A stretch of 63,126 nt of DNA, filler included, from Basidioascus undulatus (lineage: Eukaryota): assembly GCA_000826855.1 (NCBI GenBank). It is 6 parts of 6 records of this genome, joined end to end, with 100 filler letters (N's around TTAATTAATTAA, not from the genome) between each part and the next. Parts side by side here need not be neighbours in the genome. Positions count along the whole stretch, not along the records: positions 1 to 27,473 come from JTLS01000163.1; 5 more parts are not named here. One strand, given 5' to 3'. Within the stretch, counting starts at the first letter, position 1; every line of letters starts with the position of its first letter. Shown here in pieces: positions 1 to 11,169 of the stretch. The position numbers and the translations under genes were made by a program. Under the pieces are notes generated by a model that worked only from the letters and a program-made list of their open reading frames with translations, was not told the origin of the DNA and searched no databases.

Positions 1-375
1 AGGGTGAGCGTGGAGAGAAGCGGAGGGAGAGGGAGAGGACGCACGGCGAACGAGGTGGAGTACCACTGCTTCACGCGCTTAATGCTCGGTGCGTCGGCGA
101 GGTGCTCGGGCAGCATGTCGAGCTCCTGCACTCTCCGTGCGAGGCGGATCGGGAGCTCCTCTGCTCGCCAACCCAGCCACATCAGCGCTGCCACTCAAGA
201 GAAGTGATGTGGAGGGAGGAGTGGACGCACCAGCAAGGAACATACTACTCCGCAGGACCACGCCCGGGTCCACCCTCCTTCCAAAGGCTGCGAGCTGGGA
301 GAGGGAGACGGGGGACTGTGGGAAGGTCGCGTAGTGCGCTATGGACGAGCGCAGCGCTTTGGGCGGGAGGGACAT
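1..375 (-). CDS. Mitochondrial pyruvate / branched-chain alpha-ketoacid dehydrogenase kinase, 5' part (runs off window)
   Basis: Exon 375-231 MSLPPKALRSSIAHYATFPQSPVSLSQLAAFG..SSMFLA splices GT-AG to exon from 160, EELPIRLARRVQELDMLPEHLADAPSIKRVKQWYSTSF, matching the PDK/BCKDK N-terminal domain. Confidence 0.9.
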
Positions 376-1644
376 CGTGCGCTGCTTTCTCCTCTTCTTC
401 GTCTTTGTCTTGCTTGATTAAAACCCGCCAGATTGAACGAGGCGAAAGAGAAATATAAAGAGGTGTGGTGGGTAGGAAGACGGTGGAGATTGAGTCGGTC
501 GTCTGCGCGACGAGGGCGAGGTGCGTCGTCGAGTCAAGCGAGCAAGGAGATGGAAACCCAAATTACCCCGCATTGCCCCGCCCTCCCGGCTCTCGCCTTC
601 GCCTGGACCGGCGCACCAATGCGGGGAAGCCCGGCTCGAATATCGTCGGCTTTCCCAGGCTTTCGCCCTCCCTCATCCGCTCTTCCACACTGCCCTTATT
701 TCTTGTTATTTCTCTTGCAGTTTTTGGTATGGCGCGATGGTCAGGTGGTGGATGGGTGCATGAGGAGCTTGGCGGTTACGAGGGTGTCGCCAAAAAGCGC
801 CGGAGCTCCGCACCTGTCACATACTGCAACTGCCAGTGCCAGACGTATCGCGCATCTTCCGCTTTGCGAGTCTTCCCGCGTTCGTTTTCTCCTTCTTCTG
901 CACACCTGTGCGGACCTCTGCGTATCAGGGATCTGATCGATGTTGTGACTGCCGAACGTGGTAGGTGAACCAAGAAGCTGCTGACAGAATGCGCGACGGC
1001 CGCCGATAGAGTCCCATACGCACCGGTATCTTCTTGCCGACTGCAAGTGGACGTGCAGTTGAAAGTGTCTAAAAATTTCCAGTTCTCGATAGCATGTGAA
1101 GTGGCCCCCTGAAGACGAATGCGGACAGACAGGCAACGTCCGCGAGCGAGCCGGCTGCCTCGCCATCACGGCTTCGTGCCATCCGGACCAGCTGTCCTGC
1201 ATCTGCGCGCAATCCCCGCTGCTCCCAAACACGCTGCATGCAGAAGCCGTGGATCCCATACATGAGTTACAAACAGTGGAATCCTCCATACAAGCTGGGG
1301 TACACCACGCCATGCTGCGCGGACTGAATCAAGAGGAAGAGGAAAGCCCGTCGTGTACCTTTCCTCTAACCGCCTTCCACTTTTCAGACCTACTCGACTC
1401 GGGATCTGAGAACTTAAGATTCGCTCCCCACACCCGAACTCGTTCTCCTAGTTGTTCGGACCATCGGACAGCCTGCGCGCACGGGCAGCAGCCAAACAAT
1501 GAACGTAGGGACCTGTCATGTTGCGGTAACTAGGTAACAAATGCATTCGCTTGACCAATGTCGTTTAAAAAAGAATGTGAAGTGCGTGTGTGTGTTCTTG
1601 AAACCCAACCCCATCCCATCATCTCAAAGTAACGGGCGAGTCGT

Positions 1645-3712
1645 TCAGACGGTAATCTTGCCCCGCACCGGCGCTGGCCTTGACGATGGACTGTGCTCCG
1701 AACAGCCGATCGTGAGCAAATGGGCAGGGGGGACTGGGGGGAAGGAAAGTAAAGGGAAAGACGCACCTCGACGTCCGCCGCGTCCAGGGTGTATTGGTAC
1801 GGCACGCTGTCGAACGAGCCGGCGTTGGAGAGGTCGGGCTCGTCGGCTGGTCATCGTGTCAGTGTCTCCTCCTCAGAGTTAAACCATGGAGGGGGAAGCC
1901 CTCTCACAGTCGGTGTTGATGTTGTCCCGCTCTACAGCGTAGCCGCCCTTGAGCTTAGTCTCGATCGGCTTCTTGCTGCGAAGATGTCAAGCCTCGTCAA
2001 CCGTGGGACTTGATGGGGAGAAAGGGAGGAGTTGAGGGGGGGAGAGACGTACACGTTGTTGAAGGAGTTTCCCTGCAATAGGGTGCCAGAGGGCAGCCAG
2101 GAGGGGCGAAAGGGTGGGGTGGCAGCACCTCGACGAGAACCTGCGCGCCCAGACGCGAGTTGATCCCTGAGCCAGACACGTCTGAGAAGAACGAGTTGTA
2201 GATGTGGCTGTCCCCCGCCCCCGGACCCCCATTCCACAAACATCAATGTCGCCTTCCCAAAGCGCTGCGAATACACTGCGGACTGCTTACCCGGTGCCGA
2301 AGCGGAGCGAAGGGAGGCGGGAGCTGCGGGGGGAGGGTTAGATGGGTGTGGGAGGGCGGAGGAGGGAGGAAGGAGGAGGGAGGAAGGGGGAAGTACTTGA
2401 CGTCGTGGATGTACTGTGAATGAGGGTATGAGGGTATGGTTAGCGAGACTGGGATGTGAGGGTAGGGAGGGGAAGGACGGACGTTGTGGTGGTAGGTAAC
2501 GCGGATGTGGCTCTTGTCCTCAGACTCGTTCTTGTCCGAGTGGCCTGTCCGCGTACCCTTTCTTAGACAAAAATCCACACTCTCTCCGGAGGCCCATCCG
2601 ACCCACCGACAAGCGGGGTCTATCGACGATGAACAGATTCCATCAGCTTGTGCAAGGCAGGGCCTGGGCGGAAGGGGTGCACCTTGTAGATGCTGTGGAT
2701 CTCCTTCCAGGACACAGTGACGTAGTCGACAGAGTGAGTGAGGTCGACAACACCGTCGTACTGTCCGGGTCCCCAGCCAGCCAACCACCCATTCAGGGAT
2801 GCGCCAACGATCCAGCAGGAAGCACCGCGCGAAATACGCACGTAGTCCTTGTCGTGGTCCACGGCCAGAAACAGGTTAATAACACACCTGCAAAGATGCG
2901 GCTTTGGAGAAAACATACAGGGTGTTGTGGTAGATACAGACCTAAAAGGGGAACGTCAGCTGCTGCAGGCATTTGCACAGTTTCGGCACTCATGTTCGAG
3001 CCGCCCTGGACGAGGATGAGGTCCGTCGGGGCCTTGGAGAGGGAGATGATCAGGTTGCGGATGATCGCGTCTGGAATAGGCCTTTTAATAGGTGCTGGAG
3101 TTAGGAAGAAGAAATGGAAAACTGCGTACTCTGCTTCTTCTTGACGCGACTGCCGGTCAGACCGCTCGTGCCGTCGCCGAGGATGGACTGCATTCCCTCC
3201 CAGCTCAGGCCCCCCCACTTTTATTTCTCTAACAACCAGGAATGCGCACGGTGTTGCCTTGCGACAGGTTCTCCCGGATGAGTGAGTCCGAGTGTCCTAC
3301 CCAGCAAGTTGGAGATGCGAAAGCACTCACTGCCGACGTCGACAACCTCGCCGTCGCCTTAGATCGTGCCCGAGATGCGCACGGTCTTAGCGTCGTCCGA
3401 GTCGAGCGCCTTGCGGAGGTCCGCCAGCGTGGAGACCGTGACCTCCTGCCTGCCCTGGCCACCAGTCGTGCCATCTCCGAGAGTCGCGTAGCCAACGAGC
3501 TCCTGCAGAACCAAGGAGTATCAGAACCACCACTATCCCCCCGAGTTCTTAAAGTAGTCCCACATCGACTAAACATATGTTGAGGTCAGTAGGCTATTTC
3601 GTTACAAGTGGGCAGGATGGAAGGACGATGTACCAACTGCAGCCCGCTTGAAGGGAGCCGCAGCCGCCAGGGCCGCGAAGAAGAGGGGTATAGCGTTGGA
3701 GAGGCCCAGCAT
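1645..3712 (-). pseudogene. Pectate lyase (PL1), multi-exon, apparently inactivated
   Basis: Signal peptide MLGLSNAIPLFFAALAAAAP; motifs GYATLGDGTTGG, IIRNLIIS, DHDKDY/YDGVVDLTH..YVTVSW, GHSDKN..HIRVTYHHN, SRLPSLRFGT, HIYNSFF..GINSRLGAQVLVE. In-frame TAA at 3359-3361, donor-like ATGAGT at 2993, and WIDH motif reading CIYH. The 3' end is approximate. Confidence 0.85.
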
Positions 3713-3854
3713 CGAGTGTTTTTCCAAGAAGGAGCGAAGTAAAGTGAAAGTGGGAAGGTATCAGGGAGGGGAGGGGAAGAGACTAGGTTTTAGGTAGGTG
3801 GAACAAGAAAGAAGCGGAAAGGAATGGGGAAGTTGAGAAGGGAAGGAGGGGGCC

Positions 3855-3868
3855 GGCTTATATAAGCC
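3855..3868 (-). promoter_or_regulatory. TATA box of pectate lyase, within a perfect 14-bp palindrome GGCTTATATAAGCC
   Basis: TATATAA about 145 bp upstream of the ATG at 3712, followed by a pyrimidine-rich leader on the minus strand. Confidence 0.6.
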
Positions 3869-4781
3869 AGAATTTAGTCGACCAAGAGTCTGGGAAGAAA
3901 CATGCCTTGTGGGGCTCATAGCACGACAGCGCTGGGGGAGTGGTGGTCAGGCCGGCAGTGTTAATGAGGTGGGGGCACATCCGCTTTCCGTGCAGTCCGT
4001 GGCGCTACGCATGCACTCCGGGCGGGCGGCTTTCCGCTGTTGTTCTGGCATGACGACTCCGGGTACAATCGATTCATCTCTTGTGTTACTAAGATCCATC
4101 AAGCGCCTCACGCCCACCACTTTTCGAGGCAGTCTCAAGGGTCGACTGTACGCTGAGTGCTGCATACGCGTCTGACAGACCACCGCGCCTCTGCACGTTT
4201 CCTCTTGTCTGCGCATATGAGTTGTGGAGATTTGGAACATTCAAAGAGCAGGGAGCTGCTCACAGGTCCCGTAAAATCCCCACACCCCCACGCAAGTGTG
4301 GATGTTGCAGGCAGTTTCGGCATCCGCTGCCAAGTGCTGAAACCACGGAAGGGGCTTTGGTCGCTCGGACCGTCCTCTGAGATCCGAGGGAAGCACCGGT
4401 CCGTATAATTTCAGGCTGGAAAGCCCTGTCCGCGGCCGTTCATTGCTCATCTTGATGTTGGAGACTGGGAACCGCGGCCCGTAGCCTATAACCTTGATGC
4501 TGAACGCTTCGTACTGTCCGCTGGGGATTCGCTCACGCTCACCATTCATCATTCGCCTGCGCACTGGCCCACGCTCCTGGCGATGATCTTTCATTACCAC
4601 CACGGCTGCTCCAGCCCGAGGTGGACCATGAACAACCCGCCTCGTGCATGAGACGTCGATCCTCTCCAGGACGAATTCAGTGGTCAGCTGGTGGGAGGTC
4701 CGACCCCATGCACTGCTGCTCAGGCTTGCTCAAGCGCATCCGCATACGTTGCGACACTCCAAGAAGCGCCTTGACTGTGAT

Positions 4782-6081
4782 TCATTGTCCGTGCCCAAGC
4801 CCGCTCATGCCCATGGCCGTGCCCTGGACCTTCTTGTGGTCTGCAAGGACCATCGGATGAACAGTCAGCGAAGCCACACAGACCGCAGAACAGAGACAGA
4901 CGGACCTGCTGGATTCGCTTGGGCTTCGTAGACCGCTGACAAAGACGACGGGTTCCGGGAATGAGCAGAGGTTCATGGGAGAGGGGAAGGGGACAGAGTG
5001 CGCACTGATGACTGGATCGCGCGTTAACTGTGCGTCCCAGCAAGACAAGAAGGTTTGTTAGTGAGAGAAACAGCGATTGTGGAGGGAGGGACGAGGACTC
5101 ACAGCCGACCACGACCCCTTGAACCCGACAAAGCTGACCCGGCTCGTCTCCTCGTCGTCCCCGCCCGAGTGGTTGCCCGGGAAGAAGAGCGTCAGGCTGC
5201 GTACATTCGAGAACTTGGTCGCCCTGTCGTTCGTACATCCATCCACATCAGTCTATCATGACGCAGAGATGGGAGGACGCCGGGGGGAGAGGTAACGCAA
5301 CGCACTTGACCGCAAACTCGACTACGTCGGACGTGATGGGCACTTCGAACTCCTGCGTTGCTTCGCGGCCGGACTCGAGGTCAGAGAAGTCGAGAGAGAG
5401 GTCGTTGGCGTACTGAGAAACATGTCGAGGCAAGTCGTCAGAGGTGGGAGGGGGGGTGAGGGGAGATGAAGGCGAGTCAGGACGGACGACAAGCATTTTG
5501 GATGGGGTGAACCCGGCTGGACCGGACTTGAGAATTATGGAGCGGAGCTTTCTGGAGGCGGGTTAGCGGGGCGCGCGGTCGGGTGATTGCGGGACTGGAA
5601 GGGGGAGGAGGGGAGCCGCACATGTTGCCCGTGAAGGGGACGCGGAGGATGAGCTGGTCGTCGGCGTCGGACTCCAGATACTGAAATTAGATATTCAGCA
5701 TAATTTCAAGAAGATAGAGAGAACGAATCAAACGCACCTCTTCGACGTCTTCCCGCCGATCCCACTCCTTGATCACCCTCTGGCCCATACCCTCCTCCGC
5801 CTCGTTCAGCGCAACGACCTGCAGGCCATTCCGTTTAGCATCCGCATTCCCGTCTTAGAAAGAAACTCCACGTACGTTCGCGCGGTCAATCTTCTCATAC
5901 AGAACGTCCTCCCCGATCCCCGTCCCGGGCGGCAGGTCATGGTCATGCCCGTCGTGCTGCAGGACGCCTGGGATCAGCCCCCTTCTCTCTCTCCCTTTCC
6001 TGGAGTGACTGAGCGCACAGAATAATCATGCTCGTCTGCGCACGAGTGTGAATGTGAATGGTCGTGATGATGATCCGGCAT
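4782..6081 (-). CDS. PITH-domain protein (PITHD1-like), multi-exon
   Basis: His-rich start MPDHHHDHSHSHSCADEHD; LYEKIDRAN; KFSNVRSLTLFFPGN..SRVSFVGFKGSW; YEAQANPADHKKV..GHGQ*. Confidence 0.85.
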
Positions 6082-6287
6082 CGCGTGTAAAGTGTAAAAT
6101 GATGGAAGTTGCGAAAGTGGAAGGTCCGACTGTGCAGGTCACTGACATGTGATCGCAAAGCGTCTATCGGCCTTAAGCGAGTTCATTCCCCTCCCTCGCC
6201 CGGCACATTTTGGGAAGCTCAAGAACGTCTTCCCTTCACCACCATAACCCAGCTACTGTTCTAATCGCTTTCTTTAATCGGCACAAA

Positions 6288-8252
6288 ATGGGCAAAGCAC
6301 GCTCCGCAGCAGCCTCCGGCAAGCGCCACGATCCCCTGCACGTCCAGGTCTCGGAGGACGCGGCGTACCAGAAGTTTGGGCGCGTCACGGCGCCGGGGAA
6401 GCGCAGCAAGGGGAAGGGCAGGGAGGGCGACGAGGAAGAGCGTAGAGTGGTGCGTTGGCCATCTACGCTTCATGCTTTGAGGTATGGAAGCTGAGAAATT
6501 GGCGGGCCCATGGTCAACAGGACGTCACGGACCCAGCCATGTCCAGGAAGATCCTGGCGCTGGCGCGGGAGCAGCAGGACGAGATTGAGCGGGAGGAGGC
6601 GGAGGCGTGTGGAGAGACACTCGAACTGGAGGACGACGATGATGATCAGTGCGTGGACCTGATTAACTTGTGGGTGGCCGGCGAGGCATGCTGACGCCGC
6701 TGGAGGACTGGTAGACCGATGGGGGCTGCCCGCGGCGGGGAGGGATCTGAAGACGAGGAGGAAATTGAAGAAGAAGAGGTGGAGGAGTACGATGTTGATG
6801 AGCTGGTGCATCTTTCTCCTCCCGAGCTATATCTGTCTCACAACGCTCACGCACTTTCCCGCACGCTCTACAGGAGATCGACCCGTCCGACCAAACGCTG
6901 CTGGACCGCTTCCTCCCCCCCGCACCATCCTCCCGACGCACCCTGGCCGACATTATTTTCGACAAGATCGCCGCCGGCCCAGACGGCGGCGATGCTGCGG
7001 ACGGTGGGAAGGGCGCTGCGGACGACGAGGAGGGTGGGGAGCGCCGGATCCCGCCGGGGATGAACGAGAAGGTCGTTGAGGTGTACACGAAGTGGGTCTC
7101 CCTCCTCCCCTCAATCTACTTGCCCCAGATCCCCGCTGATCTGCTGCCTCGCCTCCCCTCCCCAGGGTCGGCGTCCTCCTCTCTCGGTACCGTTCCGGCC
7201 CGCTCCCCAAAGCGTTCAAGATCATCCCCTCCCTCCCGGCGTGGGTGTCGATCCTGCACCTGACCGTGCCCGAGCGGTGGACCCCCCACGCAACCTTCGC
7301 TGCCACCCGCCTCTTCGCGTCCAACCTCAAGGCCGCCCAGACCCGCGTCTTCTACGAGCACGTCCTCCTCGAGCGGTGCAGGGAGAACATGTCGGAGAAC
7401 TCGGGCAAGCTCGATTATCACTTGTACCAGGTGCGTTTGCGGAGCGCTCCGGTTGTGGGCGGGCAGTGCGGCTCATGCGTGCGTGGTGTGGCGAGACAGG
7501 CACTCAAGAAGGCGCTCTACAAGCCCGCGGCGTTCTTCAAGGGCATCCTCTTCCCTCTCTGCGAGGTGCGCAAATCCCTCTCTCTTTCCCCCCACCCCGC
7601 TCACGCGTTTCGGACACCACGACCAGAGCGGCTGCACCCTCAAGGAAGCCGCCATCTTCGCCTCGGTCCTCTCAAAAGTTTCCGTGCCCGTCCTGCATTC
7701 CGCCGCGGCCCTCCTCCGCCTCGCCGAGATGGACTACACCGGTACACTTCCCCTCTTCCCTCTCTACCTTCCCTCCTCTTCTCTCCTTCGATCCATTACT
7801 TACTGTGCAGGAGGTTGACCAGGCCCGAACTCCCTCTTCATTCGCGTCCTGCTGGACAAGAAGTACGCGCTCCCCTACAAGGTCGTCGACGCGCTCGTGT
7901 TCCACTTCCTCCGCTTTGCGCGGGACGAGCGCAAAATGCCCGTGCTTTGGCACCAGAGCCTGCTCGTCTTCTGCCAGCGGTACAAGTCGGACTTGACCCC
8001 TGACCAGAAAGACGCTGTTCGTCCTGTCTTTCCTGCTTCCCCCTCTTCCCCCGTCCCCCCGTCTTTCTTTTCGTTTCCTCGGTTCGCCTCCCGGTTGGCT
8101 GCTAACGTGGGGTGGGTTTGATGCAGCTCCTCGACGCCATCAAGATCGAGACGCACCACCAGATCTCGCCCGAGGTCCGGCGCGAGCTCGTCAACAGCGT
8201 GCCGCGCGGGGAGGCCATCCCGGACGCGCCGGAGGTCGACATGGACTTCTAG
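6288..8252 (+). CDS. ENP1: Bystin / Enp1, 40S biogenesis factor
   Basis: [96 protein letters not shown]. Confidence 0.95.
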
Positions 8253-8627
8253 AGACTTTTCACTACAGTCCTTCTGCTCTCCCGTCTCGGGCATTCATGC
8301 ACTTCATATCCCTTGTTGTTGCTTGCTGCAATGCCCGTGCGCTTCCCTTCCGTGGGCATCGCGAGAGGGAATTGCGAACTCAAGGACGAAGGAGAACAAT
8401 AAGGGTATCAATTGCGTCGTGATATCTCGAACAACAACAAGAAGAGTTCCTCAGTCAGTCCCGTCATGTACCGCCTCACTTTGCCCGCCGCGGTCCACCG
8501 CCCGCAGCCTGCCCACCCCCTTCGCCTGCCACCTTCACAGTCCATGCTTTTCCGTGTCCTTTCCGCCCTCGCGCTGCAAGCTGACCCTCACTGCCCGCGC
8601 GAGAAAGGGTGCGCCTGACGCGCAGCC

Positions 8628-9192
8628 GCTAGCCGTCGCCGAAGAAGTACTCCGCAGCGATGCGGTGCGCCTCCTCCACAGCATCCTTCTGCATCTTCTC
8701 GAGTGCATGCCGAACCAGAAACGAGAAGACCTATTAGGAAGGGTTTCGCCGACGCCACTCGTGTGCCCTCGTCCCGCCTCGGTAGCGGCGCCCGAAACAA
8801 CGGATCGTGATCTTTGTCCTCCTCGCTCGCCGCTCGATTCAGTACCGTTGAGTTCGGGATGTGCTTGAGCACCAGGCCGGGGGGAGCGGAAGGCACGGTT
8901 TCGGCCTCGGCGGATGACTTTCGCCCGGCCGACGCCTGCGTCGAGAGTCGCGCAGACTTGCGCGTGGGCTCGATCGGTACTCGGGGGGTAGGTGGGGGGC
9001 GCTTTCGCTTCGAAGGGAGCTGGGCGAGAGGTTTGGGGAAGGACAATCTCTTTTGCGACTGATGGTTGGGGTCGGCACATTCGGCGATACGAGACAAAGG
9101 AGAGCACGAACCTGCTCCAGCCCCAGTTCCTGCAAAAGCTCGGCATTCTTTGCGATGTTGGCCAAGCGTTCACGCTCATACACAGTGGACAT
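8628..9192 (-). CDS. Hypothetical protein with 'YERERLANIAKN' N-terminal helix and PTRKSARL motif; 3' structure unresolved
   Basis: Exon MSTVYERERLANIAKNAELLQELGLEQ, then intron, then basic/Pro-rich exon to ..PLPRRDEG. Downstream frame is unclear. Confidence 0.5.
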
Positions 9193-10067
9193 GTCGATCT
9201 CTATACGGTAAGGAAATATTGTTTATGAGACTCTGAGTGCAAGCCACGGGCTCCGCAGGCTCGTCGAGCTCTCCGGAGAGCAGATCGGCAATCTGTGACG
9301 TCAAACACGATAAGTTACGCTCGGAAACACTCACATCGAAGAAGAGGCATCGGCCTGCGAAAGACTTTTTTCAGTTCTATCGCAAGCTGTTGAAATTGTA
9401 AAGTATTCAATACTGAAGCACGCTCGGAATCTAGCCCACGCATCGTTGTGGAACACGAACCCTTGACCAGCTTCTAGCGCCAGCTGTCCTCTCACCCACC
9501 GAGCACCTGTTAGTGTGATCTTCTATGTATGGCCACCAGGCTAATGAGGATACTGAACATTTAATTTCATACAAACACAATGTCATGAAAGAACAGGAGG
9601 CGCATTAGGTCAAGCTTCCCGCAGCGGGTGAAACCGCCGCTGTAGCTGTAATAACGTCCATGCCTTTGCCTTTCCCTCGTCCGCTGCAAGGGGTCCGCAG
9701 CTATAGTACCATCGGGGTGGTGTATTGATATCAATAAAGATATTGAACTTCTTAGTCCTCCCCAAAGAATTCTCTGGGGTTCCAGATATTCGGACATTCA
9801 ACCTCTGTGCCAGCTTCGGCATGCATTATCGTCGCTCTCAAGCAAAAAGGTCCATTACATGGCAGTAAATATCCCTCATCGACCGTTTCTAGAAAATACA
9901 AGTGTTCTATTACACACATAGCTATCAACTTATGTAAGCTTAGTCGACCAGGAAGGGTCAGGTTGATAAATGCATCTTGCGCTGAGAATACCCCAGCAGG
10001 TAAGTCAACCGCTTTCGCTGAGCATGTTGAAGGTATTCCGTGCTCACATGCTAGTTCAAGGGTGCCA

Positions 10068-11043
10068 TTACGAGGTCTGCAAACAAGCAATGAGCGAAAT
10101 CCCTCAAACAGCTGTGGCTGAGGGCTGACACTGGCACTTACGTTCGTGACAACCCCCAACTTGACGAGGTCTGCAAGGTTGATGCCGAGCACAGAGTTGA
10201 GTTGGCGGGAGTAGCGCCGGTCCCAAGGAGGTCAGAGAGAAGGAGTCCGTCCCGCTGCTCGAGCTGAAGTAGAAGGGTTAGGCATGATTTAAAAGACAAG
10301 CTGAGTACATCTCACTCACGTTGCTACGCTTGTTGGTCTGTAACAAGGTCCCCTCTACAGGTAAGCAGCAGCACTCGAAGCCAAGAGCTGTCCCTAGCGC
10401 ACCTCGTTGATGGACCAATCTTCAGGATGTCTCCGAGCGAAACGCCCAGAACAGAGTTGACGTGGTCAGGTGTGGCTCCACTGCCGAGTAGGGCAGAGAG
10501 GATGTCGGAAATGAGTCCGTCGCGCTGCTCGAGCTGCAACAAAGGCTTCAATAACAGCTATGCGACGGGAATAATATTCACTTACACTGTCACGCTTGAT
10601 GGTCTGAAACGAAAACAGGGTGATGAGCGAGACGGCGAACGTCAGTGGAGAACAGGTTGGTGGAAAACGTACCCTTGTAACGGCGCCGATCTTGAGCAGG
10701 TCTGCAAGAGAGATGCTGAGAATGGAGTTGACCTGGTCTGGGGTAGCGCCCTCCCAAGGAGAGCAGAGAGGAGGTTCTGGATGAGTCCGTCATGCTTCTC
10801 GACCTGTGGAAGCATGGTTTCAGCGCTGTTGTCCAACAATCTCGCAATTCAGAGTACCAGTATACGTGGAACTCACACCAGGGAACACCAGGCCTCCTCG
10901 GGGATGCCTGCAAAACGTGCTGACAGCCCAGTGTTTGCGTTGAAGGTGGACCGTGCCGCAACGAGACCGCTGGCGTCGGCGAAGGGCGCGGCGGACACGG
11001 CAGCAGCCGCAAGGGCGAGGGGAATGAGGGAGCGGAAGAGCAT
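10068..11043 (-). pseudogene. Secreted Kex2-processed repeat-peptide precursor (KEP-like), three amphipathic repeats, frameshifted
   Basis: Signal peptide MLFRSLIPLALAAAAVSAAP; repeat exons 10803-10673, 10533-10403 and 10263-10142; micro-exons 10603-10586 (TIKRDS) and 10337-10320 (TNKRSN); terminal exon TS*. Each repeat exon lacks 1 nt relative to the others. Confidence 0.8.
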
Positions 11044-11162
11044 TTGGGATGGAGAGTAGGGGTAAAAGTTTAGAAGTGTTTCCGTGGTAAGACGTGGGCA
11101 GAGGGGAAGGTGGTGAAGAACGTGAACGAGGACAAGAGGACGACCGGCACGAGCTGGTCGAT

Positions 11163-11169
11163 CTTTATA
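11163..11169 (-). promoter_or_regulatory. TATA box (TATAAAG) of the repeat-peptide gene
   Basis: About 120 bp upstream of the ATG at 11043. Confidence 0.55.

Noticed and set aside
9560..10060. AT-richer stretch as a transposon relic
   Set aside because: No transposase or RT motifs, terminal repeats or target-site duplication could be identified.
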